A DNA stretch of 63,276 nucleotides, filler included, from Octopus bimaculoides (lineage: Eukaryota): NCBI RefSeq assembly GCF_001194135.2. It is 5 parts of 5 records of this genome, joined end to end, with 100 filler letters (N's around TTAATTAATTAA, not from the genome) between each part and the next. Parts side by side here need not be neighbours in the genome. Positions count along the whole stretch, not along the records: positions 1 to 20,343 come from NC_068996.1; 4 more parts are not named here. The stretch is one strand, 5' to 3'. Under the pieces are notes generated by a model that was not told the origin of the DNA, searched no databases, and worked only from the letters and a program-made list of their open reading frames with translations. The translations under genes were made by a program, and so were the position numbers. This document shows positions 1 through 13,119 of this stretch, in pieces (the first letter of the stretch is position 1; each line of letters starts with the position of its first letter).

Positions 1-606
1 TATATATATATATATCGGGTGCAGATTGCATCAATCACCAGCTGGAGGACGCGTCCTCCTGGGGTTAAAAATTGTATTAACGTTGGTTCCTACGAAACAG
101 CCATATTGAAGTGGCGATAAACATTATGGCTGAATTAATTTCTCTTTATCAAGAAAACTTGGTTGCTTGCAGAAATCCCTTATCTTGGCTCCTTGAGTCC
201 ACCACAAAGAAACATTGGTTTTTTTTTTGTTCTTTTCTAAGAGACAGTTCTTCAATTCTGTCTTGTTCTTTAATTGTTTTAAACCATCACAGCCAAAAAT
301 AATGTTAAAATAATATTTAATCTTGACCAAATAATCAGATAAAAACAAAGGGGGAACTCGATAATCTTATCTAATCCAAAACAGATAGACAAGACAAAAA
401 CAAAAACTAAAAAAAAACAGGATGAATACCATTTATTCCCTTCTGTTTTAATAGAATATACCATTAAAATTATTCGGTCCTGATTAATGTAACATGCTGT
501 TCATATATGCTACATACCACAATAGTGAAAACATTCATTAAAATTTTGCTTTGCTTAATCACGAACAACATTTTATTAACTTATCATTATTATTGTTGTT
601 GTTGTT

Positions 607-665
607 ATCATCATCATCATCATCATCATAATCGTCGTCATCATCATCATCATCATCATCATCAT
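607..665. repeat. (CAT)n microsatellite, interrupted
   Basis: Direct reading; explains the poly-His ORF 507-719. Confidence 0.95.
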
Positions 666-1175
666 ACAAACCTATTTTTGACTGACACAGTCATAGCTCA
701 GTTTGTGTTGTGTGTTTAAAAAGAACCATTCTTAATGCTTGTTTTGTATGCTCTTCACTTCCTTCCACGTGTGTAGGTATGTGTGTGTGTTCGTTTACAC
801 ACATGTATGTATGTATGTATGCATGCATGCATGCATCTGTGTGTGAAAACTAGGAGGGGATCTAGATTAAGCTGTTTTACATTATGTGCGTGTAGATGCG
901 AGAGAAAGAGTGTGTGTGCGTGATTATGTGCAAGCGCGTGCAGCAGGGAGAGAAAGTAGGTGGATAGATGGGTGAGGGCTTACATTCTGTATTTTTTCTT
1001 TTCTTTTTGTCTTTTTTTTTTCAATCCCTGTCTAGAATGGTGTGTTAGGGAGAAAACTGGGTAAGCTCAGTGTGAGGTAAATGTTCAGTTTTGAACCGTT
1101 GCAAGCTAATAACCTGAGTTAGGGTATGGGTAGGAGGAGTAACGTGGCCAGCAGGATTTCCTGAGGGATATGGTC

Positions 1176-1231
<56 letters not shown>
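1176..1231. repeat. (AAT)n microsatellite
   Basis: Pure taa/aat run. Confidence 0.97.
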
Positions 1232-1233
<2 letters not shown>

Positions 1234-1765
1234 GCAGGCACTGTTTATTATGTGTTGTGGTTGATGGTGGTATACAGTGTATCGTAAAGATGATGAAAAA
1301 ACAGTGAATGCATTGAACAAATGAAGAATCATTTCTATGAATTCGTATTCAACAGCGAAACATTGTGGACAGACTTTACTCTTTATAACCTTTATTTTTT
1401 AATTATTATCATTATTAGTCACAGGAAGAGGGATATTGCTTACAATATTTGCAAGTCCTTATTCTAGGCTGGTGCCAAGATTTATGACCGACATAAATTG
1501 TAATTGTCGTCAGAATAAGAATTTAGGCAAGAAGAGGTTCGGCTTAGCTTTTAGGGTTGCAATAAGGTTTAATCCACCAAAAGCATCAGCAAGACCAGTC
1601 GGACATATATTTCTTTTTATTGCCTTAGACTGGAGGAAAGGAAGTGTCCCTGGCCCTTCAAAGTGCATCTGAGACGGGTGGGGAAGAGAGAACAAAGTAG
1701 TTTTAAACCGGAGAACTGGCCTGAATGCTTTGTAGCAGACTTAGAGTCTGTCAAAGGCACCAACG

Positions 1766-1767
<2 letters not shown>

Positions 1768-1804
<37 letters not shown>
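1768..1804. repeat. (GA)n microsatellite
   Basis: Pure GA run. Confidence 0.97.
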
Positions 1805-1811
<7 letters not shown>

Positions 1812-3551
1812 AAGAGCGAAGAAAAGAGAAGGAAAGGTGGGGTGTAAGGAAGGAGAAAGGAAAAGTGAAAAAGAAAAAGAGGAAAAGAAACACGAGACAG
1901 ATGGTGTTAAACTGGGCGATAAGCCTATAACCTAGTATGCCACAGTCGCGTTTGAACCCAGAAAGCAAAGAGTCGGAAAAAATTCTATAAGATATCCCAC
2001 CAGTTGCTTCAACGATTCTATCAGTCCATTGACCCAAACACTTAAAAGAATAAAAGACAAAGTTGATCACGGCGAGATTTGAACTCGCCCGCAAGGAGCC
2101 AAAAATATATATCGTAAGATGGTTCGTGTGACGCTCTTATCGTTTTGCTGAGGCATAGTTAAGGTTGTCCTTGATCGAACAGAACTATTATCGAAAGCGT
2201 TCCAGCCATAACTATCACACACACACACACACGTTAATCTGACATTTGCAATTGGTAAAATGCTTATTACAAAACGAAAGCTTAAGAGAACGGTTTAAAC
2301 ACTGTCAAAGTCCTTTCAATGACATCATTAGTTGATTGATTGAGAGAGACAGATCATATACATTTTGGGCAGTAATTGTAACACACTTAGTTTCAGACCA
2401 TCATTGAGTAAAAAAACAAGATGAGTGGGTAAATGAAAGCCTAAAAATGCCGCTGTTCTCTTGTTGGCTATTTGATGAAAAAATATTAAGGACGATGCTG
2501 AAAAAAAAAAAAAAAATCACATCGGTGGAATTCTCTTCCTTTTTGCCCACCACACGATGCACTGTTTATATATAAAAAAAAGAACAAGAACACTGCTTTT
2601 ATTTAACTAAGGAAAAAAATCCTCGACTTTCAATCTACAAAGTTTTTTTTATAGCATTTTCTATATATTTTTTTAAAATAAAATAAGCAATTTTCTTTGA
2701 CAAAATACCGATGAATATAATGTGTTTTGTGTCAAGGACAACTATAAATGTTTTGATAAAGCTTTAGCTTTTATTGATAAACTGAAGATAAACACCAATT
2801 TAGTGGAATTGCTAGAAATAACAATTCAATCTCCCTAAAACAGCATCATTGGATAACGTAGTTTGAGGGTTAAAAAAGAAAAGCTGGCCAAACTTATTTT
2901 ATCAGAGTTGACCCTGACCGTAATACAGCAACAACCAAAGTACTGTTGCTCAAAGTTGCACGAAATAGCAGCCAAATCTCACTCAACTTGCACCCTACTA
3001 TCTTGAAAATAGATAAACACATGTGACATCCCGGGAGACTACTCGCGTCGTATGGAGATTCAGCCACCCCTGTGCGTAACTGCAGATTCAACAGAGTGGT
3101 GGTATAATTCACAACAGCAAGCAGTGGCAGTCAGAATCATCATACAGCTTATTGATCACCGGGAAAAGCAGGCGATCCTTCAGTATTGGTCTGCAGGTGT
3201 GAGGAGACGACGTCATTCATCCCCTTTTCAAGCCAAGCCCCTTTATAAAGCAAATATATTAGGACCCTCTATGGTGCTTATTTATTGACTGCAGTCTACA
3301 GTATGCCAAGATTCGGGTAGGGCCCCCGGTAGCTGCTTAGTAGTGACCATGTCTTAAATCGGCAGTATCGTAAAATTGAAGAGTATATATTGGCGTGTTT
3401 TTTAATACGTGAGCATTCCACCCGAGAACAGGTTATCGAAAATAAACCTAAGCGACCGGCTAGAAATAGCATCCAAACCTAACTTCTTTTATCACTTTAA
3501 AGACTTTAAAAAAAGTATGATCCATGGGATAACGTAATTTTGGAGGTTTAA

Positions 3552-4023
3552 GTATTTCAAAAAAAGAAAGTAAACTGACTGGAAGTGAAGCCGTACAGCA
3601 TCCTATAATTTCATAAAGAGACCATTATGCGAAGTAGTGACATCCCTTTATTTTATTAATTGAACTCTCCCATTATGCAACGTCCACAGGCCCCCACATG
3701 TATAATACTTCTTAGGGATATCTTAAGTATTTCAGAAATAACAACTGAGGTACACCGTTCCAACTTACGACCACCACTAGAGATAAGGCAATCCGATGGC
3801 TCGCATGACAATGCATGATAGCCACTATATTACACGTGAGCAATAATCCTTGCATGACTACTGAACTAATTTACAGAATGAAAGCTACACGCAGTGAACA
3901 AGCGATTGTCTTTCTTATTCCCATCCATTCACGTTCTATACGTTGGTTAGATTATAGAGATTGTTTACATGAAATTATAAAAATCTACTGTCGTCTACCT
4001 TTACTTTCATTTTTTTTAAAACC
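3552..4023. mobile_element. Non-autonomous DNA element (MITE-like) with imperfect long TIRs
   Basis: Left end ttaa-gtatttcaaaaaaagaaagtaaa...ataatttcat mirrors right end atgaaattat...tttactttcattttttttaaaacc-ttaa. Its left part recurs at about 11650-11830 and its right part at about 13240-13490. Confidence 0.6.
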
Positions 4024-4172
4024 TTAAACTGCACGTTAACTCTTTGGGATAGACTAAAAATATCGCAGAAAAATAAAAGATAATCTGGTCACTTACTCAA
4101 AAGTCAGCTTTATCAGGACTGAACGTAAGCTGCTTCACATAGCAATCAGAGAAAAGCCTCTCTCCACGGTTA

Positions 4173-4600
4173 CTCTTTTACTTGTTTCAGTCATTTGACT
4201 GCGGCCATGCTGGAGCACTTCCTTTAGCCGAACAAATCAACACCAGGACTTACTCTTTGTAAGAGTAGTACTTATTCTATCGGTATCTTTTGCCGAACCG
4301 CTATGTTACGGGGACGTAAACACACCAACATCGGTTGTCAAAGGATGATGGGAGACAAACGTCGACACAAACACACACACACACACACACACATATATAT
4401 GTATATGACGGGCTTTTTTCAGTTTCCGTTTACCAAATCCACTCACAAGGCTTTGGTCGGCCCGAGGCTATAGTAGAAGGCACTTGCCCAATGTGCCANN
4501 NNNNNNNNCTATAGTAGAAGGCACTTGCCCAATGTGCCACACAGTGGGATTGAACCCGGAACCATGTGGTTGGGAAGCAAGTTTCTTACCACACAGCCAT
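4173..4600 (-). mobile_element. tRNA-derived SINE family A, near full length
   Basis: Reverse complement of the copies at 24174-24575 and 54652-55030; A/B-box-like head, internal TA/CA tract, tail ...gactgaaacaagtaaaagag. Confidence 0.93.
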
Positions 4601-4989
4601 TTAACTTTGGTAGAAATAGTAACCAATTTGCGTCACCTCAAACCCTATTGTCTTACATCAGGCGAATATCCACTGGAAAATGTTGTCCTGGATATACAAT
4701 AAAACAAAACAGCCATGACTAACAAGTAACTAAGCAACCGAGTTGTCGCTTAACTTCAGATCAAATATGATGACCTAAAGCTAAACGATGAAATACAATT
4801 TATCCAAGTTGTTCCAACCGTTTCTGTTTACAAACACAGTATATCTTGGATTATATTACCCAGTGTATACTTCCACTTTCTCATTTTTGACAGTAAAGTG
4901 TAACATGAGGGAAATTTTACTATTTCTACCAGACTGAGTAACCAACCATCAAAAAAGTTTCCCAACATGGAATGCTGGTAATTCAAAAA

Positions 4990-5480
4990 GTTTCCTTTGC
5001 CTTCACTACAGAAGATGAACTTGGGATACACTAATATAGAGTGTTCCTCGTTGGTTCGTTCAACTGGGTGGATTGCCGAGTTCATGAAAAGTCAGAAACA
5101 GGGTATTTGTGATAGACACATGGCTTTGTGTTGTGTAAGTGCAGAAACTGTGTTAGCCGTAAACGTTACTTGTAATTACATCATGGATTCTACAAGACTC
5201 AGGTGAGGTTCACTTGAGTAGTTCTCTCACATCTCGGACGTTGCTGCAGCCACTCATACATTCTGGACCGCATTCAGAGAAGAGCCATGCAACTGATCGG
5301 CATTCAATCTCTAACAGACACACTCCATCCTCTTGGTCGATATATCGATATATCTTCATTCTATTTCTTCCTACCTCTGGTTGCGGGTTACTATTTTCAG
5401 TCTTTCCTCCCCAGAATTTTCTCTGCTTATTGCTTACTTTCATGTGTTAACCTGCAACATTTTAAATGGAATATCGACAT
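4990..5480 (+). pseudogene. Degenerate CR1-like LINE ORF2 C-terminal region
   Basis: Frameshifted motifs TQVR..LE*FSHI, ILDRIQRRAMQLIG..LTDTLHPL, YxxSFLPR and NLQHFK match the post-RT region of CR1-group LINEs. Confidence 0.75.
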
Positions 5481-5499
5481 CAGTTTTACGAGTCTATAA

Positions 5500-5680
5500 A
5501 CCAAGGGCACTGTCCCTTCCTTCAGATTCAGCAAGCAGAAAAATATGTGCATTTATATAACCGTGGCCCCTATACAAATTGTCTACATACATTCCACATC
5601 TGGTCAAAACCTATTACAAGCTTCACAGAGGACTGCGGACACCATTGTACAAGTGCTATGGCGTGAATACCCAAGTCGGG
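5500..5680 (-). pseudogene. Possible second CR1-like fragment in opposite orientation
   Basis: Minus-strand remnants YFTP*HL and R..PDVEC...CIGA resemble the same conserved region; heavily decayed. Confidence 0.35.
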
Positions 5681-5687
5681 TTTCCCG

Positions 5688-5842
5688 CAGTGGCGTAGCT
5701 AGAGTGTCTGTCACCTGGGGTAGCCCTGGAGTGTACCGCTTCCCCTCCGGGCCCTCAAAACTAAACAAGCTAACACAGTAGACCCTAAAGTGCCACCCCA
5801 AGCAGCACCCCAGGGCAAACGGCCCTTTTAGCTACCTACTAG
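5688..5842. mobile_element. GC-rich MITE with CAGTGGCGTAGCTA terminus (hAT-like)
   Basis: Left TIR cagtggcgtagcta; degenerate right TIR tagctacctactag; no clear 8-bp TSD. Confidence 0.4.
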
Positions 5843-5996
5843 TCCCCTGGTAACATACTGTGGTATCTTTAACTATCACAAAATTCACTGAACGTGGACG
5901 GCTATTTTCGGATATGTGTTAGACATGTCACTACACACATACATATTACTCTTTTACTTGTTTCAGTCATTCAAATGTGGCCACACTGGAGCACCG

Positions 5997-6042
<46 letters not shown>

Positions 6043-6966
6043 GCACACACACTTTACATACACTCATCTATACCTACCATTTATAATATAAAATTGTTTT
6101 CTTTAATATGATATTTTTTCTCCTCTAAATTAAATAATAACAGGACCCTGGGTAAATACCAAGGCTGACACACACTATTCAGCGGTGTGTGTGTGAGTGT
6201 GCAAATGCGCCGTTATTATGTGAGAGTTAGTGAGTGTGTATGTGTGGCGAAGTTATTGTATTAATGTTTTTCATGTGTTGAATTTCCTGTATGCTGGCGC
6301 TCACAAAGCAATCTGAATGTCTGTCTATATTGTATGTATGCATGTATTAATGTGCCCCTCCTCTCTCCTTGTGTGTATATGTGCATAAAAGTGATTCTAT
6401 GTATTTTCTATGTGTATATTTTCTCTCTGTGTGTGTCTGAGAGAGGGGGGGAGAGAGGGAGGGGAGAGGAGAAGAGACGGTGCAAGTTTATTCTTTGTTT
6501 ATTTTTTCCTGTATATATTGTATCTGAGGACTTGAAATTGACGGATAGATTCCCTGCATTGTTATTTTATGTAACAATAGGCAGACAGTATCATTTAACA
6601 TAGAATAAAATAATTATAAAAGAACAGCTAAAATCATTCGAATCTAACCCCCCCCCCCGCCGCAAAATGGAGAAAAACGACAAATTTAAATAGATATTTC
6701 TCTTGCCAAGAAACTGCAATGGTGTTGCCAAAACGTTGCAATAGAACTATAAAAGGTTTCTAAATTTTAGACATGGATTATTATGGTTGTTATATCGACC
6801 GAGAGGAGTGGGTAAGGAGAAAGAAAAATGGGATGTTGTGAAGTTCATGCTTTTTCTTTTTAAAGAGTGAACTGGCAGATTTATTAGAGAATCCAGCAGA
6901 ATGCTTCGTAGAATCTGTTCTGAAACTCAGCACTCTTGAGTTCAACTTTTCTTTTCATTCTTTCAG

Positions 6967-7013
6967 GTGAAAGAAGGTATCATTCCAAAATGGTAGATCA
7001 GCGAAACTGTAAG
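6967..7013 (+). other. Candidate exon (possible ATG at 6990, MVDQRNCK)
   Basis: Strong polypyrimidine acceptor ttttcttttcattctttcag and moderate donor aag|gtcaga; no homology recognised. Confidence 0.25.
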
Positions 7014-7489
7014 GTCAGATTGGATACCTTGCAGAATTTTTTCTTTCTTTTTTTTTTTTTGCGTTCTGAATTTAAATCCTACCATGGCCTACTTGGATGA
7101 TATACTTTATCTGTCGCCTGTTTGATACTAGTACTTAGTACCTTGTGTGACTTTAATGGAGTCCAATCTGTTGTAAGCATTGAGGTCACGTTTCAGTTTG
7201 AAGATGCCTTCCACACTCCCTCCCAAAGCCACGGAGGCCTTGGAACGGGGCATGCGTACTGCTTACTCTCCTTGACTGAAAAGATTTTATATCTATATCT
7301 ATATCTATACTCTTTAAAAAGGTTCCTCAATGTCAACTTCCGGTATTGACGTAACAACGGCAAAAAGCTTCACTCTCTATTTTGTGTGTGAGTGTGTGTG
7401 TTCGTGTGTATGAGAGAGAGAGAGAGAGTAAAAACTACATACACACCGCTCTCTCACTCTGTCTCACACATGCACACACACACCCCTTC

Positions 7490-7782
7490 ACACTCTGTCT
7501 CTTACAAACACACACATACGTAAATGTATACAAACCTATTTACAAAGACACACGTGTGTATGCGCGCGCGTGCGTGTTTGTAAGAGACAGAGTGAGTGAG
7601 TCAAGGGCTGTGTTGTCATATGCATACATCCAAAGATGTATGTATATTTATGCATGTACGTATACATGACAACAAACCTCTCTCTCTCTCTCTCTCTCTC
7701 ACACACTGTCTCTTGAAAACACATACATAAATGTATACAAACATATTTACAAAGACACACGTGTGTATGCGCGTGCGCGTGT
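7490..7782. repeat. Local direct duplication of about 80 bp in CA/CT-rich DNA
   Basis: taaatgtatacaaac(c/a)tatttacaaagacacacgtgtgtatgcgcg occurs at about 7520-7570 and 7728-7775. Confidence 0.85.
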
Positions 7783-7888
7783 GTGGGGGGTTCCACAATC
7801 GCCATTTATTTCAATTACTCTTGTGAGGATATTCACGTAAATCATTTTTTTCATTTAATCCCCATTTTAATTTTCGTAAAAGTTTCCA

Positions 7889-8073
7889 AGTACCAATGAG
7901 GCTTTTTGGCACATCTTCAATTTTCCCCATTCATGAGAGGCGCCCAGCCATCATTCATCTGAGAGTCCATCTACAGAATGTCCTCAAATTTCTATACAGC
8001 ATATTTTGCCTTTTTTTCTTCAAGTATATAAGCAACAATTTCATTCCCGAGCAACGCCGGGTGCCTCTGCTAG
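7889..8073 (+). mobile_element. Helitron 3' end carrying a RepHel fragment
   Basis: STNEAFWHIFNF(+1 frameshift)PIHERRPAIIHLRVHLQN matches the conserved Helitron motif SNEAxWRIxxFPIHERxPxVxHLxVHLEN; hairpin cccgagcaacgccggg at 8046-8061, then CTAG|T at 8070-8074. Confidence 0.85.
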
Positions 8074-9620
8074 TATATATATATATATATAAGTAAACCA
8101 ATGCACCTTTTAAGTTTTAACCCCAAAAGCAGTCCGAAGTGGAGTTCGTCTTTACTTCCGAGCCAAAACTTTCTCCAGAAATGCTTGGTCTTGCTTTTAG
8201 GTTAAACGAAAGAAATCCAGCCAAAACAAAAATTGGGTCGTTTAGGCAACGTCTTTCAGTAGAAACGTGTCACTCTACAGGTCGATGAGAGTAAATATAT
8301 CAGATGAACCATAATCGCTCAAAAAGCAAGAAATACTAACCAAATACCTCTCAATCGTACTATGCCATCTAAATAAGTAAAGGATATTTTGAATAATGTA
8401 TTCTAGGGTAACTTTATCTAAAAAAGAAAATAAAAAAGACAGGATGGTCCGGATTGACCATTTTTTGTTCTTGGGTGTGCAAGACCAAGCATTATTCTTG
8501 AGTTTAAATAATTATAACGAAAGTCCTTTTGATGAATATACACATCTCTTGCATAGAAATACACTTTATTATGGCAATGTAGGCAGAAAATCAATACAAG
8601 TTCAATGGAAGACTTTTATTAAGTTGCAAATATTGATAGGAAAACGAATCCAGGGCAAAAACACCGTAAAAAAAAAAGAACAAAACAAAAGCTGGAAAAC
8701 AATGTCAGTAAAAGTTCAATAAAAAAAACTGATTTAATGTTTTCTTTTTCTTTCAATGTTTTCCCACGTATCTATAATTACTATTTATATAAATTATTTC
8801 AGGAAAAACATCAGAATAAATTTAATTTCAGAAAATTGCGTTGTCATTGTTTACAAACCATGTATTGTCAGTTAATAAACTGACTTAAAATATTACTTAA
8901 TTATATTATTATTTACGGTAGTTAAGTGAAATATATTTTCTCACTCGCATTGATTTTTATTTCCGTTCATCGTGAAAGTTTCTGAACTCACGGTTTTAAA
9001 GACCTGAGCATGGTACTGCGAATGGCTAGAAATAGCAATTAGATCGCCTTCATATCAAATTAACTCACTTTCTTGGGCGGAGTTTGGATTAAGCATCCCA
9101 TACTTCAGGGGAAATGAGAAGAGTTGGTTTTCTTCTTTAAATAAATAAAATATTTGTTTCATACAGCGGAAATTACAATTCCGAAAAAAAGTTTTTTAAA
9201 TAAAAATTTCAATTTTTTAACATTTCCTCATCCCCGCTCCCACTACTTCCGTAAATTACTCGTTTCCCATTGAAGTATGGAGAGTCTAATTCGAAACTCC
9301 GCCCTTTTCTTAAATATACGAATACCACATTAGGTAACGTGATCTGAGATATACCACGAGAAGGCCACGGCTGGAACATCTTTGTTTATATGTTTACTTG
9401 ATCAGAGTTAACAAGGAGCTAATCAACTAATTAATAGAATTGGTCTGGAATCATTCACGGAAGTTCTTCTGTTACAGAAAACCTACCAACAAGAGACGTG
9501 ACAGGGATTACAACTATGGAATGAAAGAGAGCTACATGAATTTCTAAGAATACAACAGATGACCGAGTTGTTTTGTTTAAACCAGGTGAGCTCTGTTTGA
9601 TCAGACCTATCAAAGGAGTG

Positions 9621-9950
9621 GAGGCGCAATGGTCTAGTGGTTAGGACAGCGGACTCGCGGTTTCGATTCCCAGACCGGGCGTTGTGAGTGTTTGAGCGAA
9701 AACACCTAAAGCTTCACGAGGCTCCGGCAAAGGCTTGTGGCGAACCCTGCTGTACACCACAACTTTCTTTCTTGCTGTTTCGGTTGTACCTGTATTTGAA
9801 AGGGCCAGCCTTGTCACACTCTGTGTCACGCTGAATCTCCCAGACAACTACAATAAGGGTACGCATGTCTGTAGAGTGCTCACCCACTTGCACGTTAATT
9901 TCACGAGCAGGCTGTTCCGTTGATCGGATCAAATGGAACCTGCGTCGTCG
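9621..9950 (+). mobile_element. tRNA-derived SINE family C
   Basis: A box tggtctagtgg and B box gtttcgattccc; body matches the reverse complement of 17659-17850. Confidence 0.85.
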
Positions 9951-9988
9951 TATTCTAGCCATAGCCACCCGGTTTATTTTTTAGATAC

Positions 9989-10152
9989 AGGCACAGGCGT
10001 GGCTGTCTGGTTAGAAGCTTTCCAATCCCATGGTTCCGGGTTCAGTTCCACTGCGTGGCACCTTGGGCAAATCTCTTCTATTATAACATCGGGCCAACCA
10101 AAGCCTTGTGAGTGGATTTGGTAGACGGAAACTGCAAGAAGCCTGTCGTGTG
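9989..10152 (+). mobile_element. SINE family A, 5' half
   Basis: ggcgtggctgtctgg...ggttcagttccactgcgtggcaccttgggcaa...ggatttggtagacggaaactg. Confidence 0.9.
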
Positions 10153-11157
10153 TGTGTATAGGAAAAGTTTTATGTCACTAATTGTGACAGAGGGTGCCGA
10201 AGCACCTATATAGCAAAAAAAAAAAACTAGTTAGAAACTCTTAATACTGTATGAAGCGCACAATATATATATATACACTAACTATATGTATGTATGTATG
10301 TANNNNNNNNNNNNNNNNNNNNNNNNNNNNNNNNNNNNNNNNNNNNNNNNNNNNNNNNNNNNNNNNNNNNNNNNNNNNNNNNNNNNNNNNNNNNNNNNNN
10401 NNNNNNNNNNNNNNNNNNNNNNNNNNNNNNNNNNNNNNNNNNNNNNNNNNNNNNNNNNNNNNNNNNNNNNNNNNNNNNNNNNNNNNNNNNNNNNNATTAA
10501 ACAAGCAAGCTTTCCCGCTTAATTCTATCTCTTTCTCGGTCGGCCGGCCATGAGCATGGACGTGTCAAGCAGTGTCTCCAACATTCCAACTCTGGAGACA
10601 GTCTCTTTACGTGTTTAGCTGTCACTCTCCATCTTTCGGACTTACACTCGACAGCTCGCTTACATCTACATAACAACGTCCCAACAACTATGCTCACACA
10701 CACAGAAGCTGTAACAACAAACAAGAGCTAAAGATGTATATATTTACCACCTGAATAAATGTTGTTTAAGTTGATAGTCCGGAGTTCAGCGTTCCGTTAT
10801 ATTTCTAATTTTATATAGGAAAGTCAGGTATACATCTAATGATGTATAACCAACTTTCCTATACAAGTAAAAGATAAAGGATATCATGAGACTACGACTC
10901 CTTTAGCTTAATATGTACCGCGTCTATGATACTGATGCGTGATTCCTTAGCTTTCTCGAATCAATACGCTATCAGAAACAGCAATAAAACAGCATCCTAT
11001 CTTGTCAATACGTTGTGAACGCTGGAAATAAACATCAGTCCCGTAAAATTTTGTGATTCAGGAGCACAAAAAAAAAGTGGTCTTGCTCATAAAGAGCTAC
11101 ATAAACTTTTCTTTGGTAAATTAGTTATGTGAGTTGAGACTGGTGTTTGATTTTCAG

Positions 11158-11251
11158 TTTAAAAAGACTTGGCAAGGAATGACCAGGATAATATCTAGCG
11201 TATATTCTGGTGTGAAGGACACAGTAGATATGACGACTGCAGAAGAGACAG
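11158..11251 (+). CDS. Candidate internal coding exon FKKTWQGMTRIISSVYSGVKDTVDMTTAEET(G/D), product unknown
   Basis: Acceptor tttgattttcag, consensus donor ACAG|GTAAGT, 94 bp, open in one frame only. KKTWQG..II also resembles a LINE ORF2 motif. Confidence 0.35.
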
Positions 11252-11647
11252 GTAAGTCAGGATGGCATGAAAGAAAGTACCGTTTCAATGTCTTCGTGCA
11301 GACGAAGAGAGGACGTTATTAGTAGCGATAGAAAGAAAAAAATAATCCATATTCGAGTTAGAGGTTATGGTAATTGAAGGTCAGTGGCTCTTTGCCAACT
11401 AAGCAAATGGGTATTTTTACTTTTTCATGCGGTCTAGGACGTGTGTTGTATGTAGCAACAACGTCTAGGTATGTGAATAGTAGTACAGAGTGTGTGTGTG
11501 GGCGGTCTTATGTAAACTTTGTAGAAGGTCAAGGGTCACCAACTAATGAAGACTGGGAGATTTTGTACGCCTTGGAGTCACCAACTATCGACAGCCATTC
11601 AGTCATTGGCAATAAGCCAAGCTAGAGTTAACAAGTAGTTGAGGAAT

Positions 11648-11830
11648 TAAAAAAAAACAAACAAAAACAATGGAAGTGACGTCAGTAGCATCCCTAATTT
11701 CATAAAGAGACCATAAAGCGAACTGGTAAAATCCTTTAATTTTATCAACAGAATCCCCTGATTTTGCTGCGTTCACTGGCATCTACTTGGTTAGTACATG
11801 CTAGGGATATGAATGCCACAGAGAAGGCAA
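11648..11830. mobile_element. Left end of the 3552-4023 MITE family
   Basis: tggaagtgacgtcagtagcatccctaatttcataaagagacc aligns with 3580-3630. Confidence 0.65.
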
Positions 11831-13119
11831 TTCAGGGATGATTAACATACAGTTTACCGTCGTTGAAAAGTGAAAGTAAATTGTTCTTAAAAAAAATTAA
11901 AGTAAATAGTAATGGAAACCAGATTAACAGTGGTATCAAAATTTCATAAAACACGTTAGATATCTGATGGATGGGTTTTGTTTTTGTGTCTTGGCAATTC
12001 CTATGCTCATGAAGTTGTCAACCATTCACTCAATTTTGTAGATCCAAATGATGACAGCATCCATACACAGAAGGGTGATGGATGCTTGCCGAGAAGATAT
12101 TTAAGCAACAATGTGGCAATAGCGATGATTTAATTAACATCATATCATTTTAGGAGGTGGGTCTGGGCCTGGTAACATTATAATTTCCTGGTTCTAAATG
12201 CGTCGGATATNNNNNNNNNNNNNNNNNNNNNNNNNNNNNNNNNNNNNNNNNNNNNNNNNNNNNNNNNNNNNNNNNNNNNNNNNNNNNNNNNNNNNNNNNN
12301 NNNNNNNNNNNNNNNNNNNNNNNNNNNNNNNNNNNNNNNNNNNNNNNNNNNNNNNNNNNNNNNNNNNNNNNNNNNNNNNNNNNNNNNNNNNNNNNNNNNN
12401 NNNNNNNNNNNNNNNNNNNNNNNNNNNNNNNNNNNNNNNNNNNNNNNNNNNNTATATATAAGGACAAGAGTTGTAATTGACTACCACACCTTATTCAAAC
12501 GCCTAATGGAAGGTACAGCAAAATTGGTACATCTTGAATGATTCAGTCAGAAAATATACGTATTAGTTTCTCATGCAATTGGAACTTGATGTGTGCTTGA
12601 CGGAACACTACAACGCGTCAAAGCACTCTGCTGAATAGCTCTCGTCTCTGCTGAGATCCGAACTCGACCGTGCCTTTCCACCACACTGAAGAATAGCAGG
12701 AAAGATTCCTCTTCTTAAAGAATGGGGGGGGGGGGGCTCCCATGAACAAACATAATTGCCCGCGCTAGGTTAGTCTGTCACAAGAGGGAATGGATAGTCC
12801 GCGTAAAACCAGGACTAGATCGATGCACACACCATTACGTGACCAGGTCATGTGACCACTTCTAGAAAACACGAATGATTCAATATCAGGGTTATTAAAG
12901 ATAAACGGCCGAATGATAAACATACTTCTGCTACATCTTCATGCGTATGTATGGCGAAACAAATTTAGAGATCGTGAAAAACTATTCATAAATCTCATTT
13001 CCTGTATCAATGGCTTATGTTTTCCCTTAAATGTGCTTGTTTTCATCTTATATAAAATACGTACGTTGTTCATATTATATTAAATATATGTACGTTCTAT
13101 ACATTAGTTATATCACATA

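Noticed and set aside
44-59. Perfect 16-bp palindrome GGAGGACGCGTCCTCC
   Set aside because: Real but isolated at the window edge; no context to assign a function.
4470-4540. Apparent tandem duplications across 10-N gaps (also 47248-47337)
   Set aside because: Identical flanks either side of the N run indicate contig-overlap artefacts.
2810-9050. Recurring ctagaaatagcagccaaatc-like motif (about 2811, 2961, 3460, 8327, 9024; also 27897 and 51785 on minus) as a regulatory array
   Set aside because: Irregular spacing with shared flanks indicates fragments of an old dispersed repeat.
10241-10553. ORFs dominated by X (also 12150, 26177, 28563, 40823, 45549, 57639)
   Set aside because: They span N gaps.
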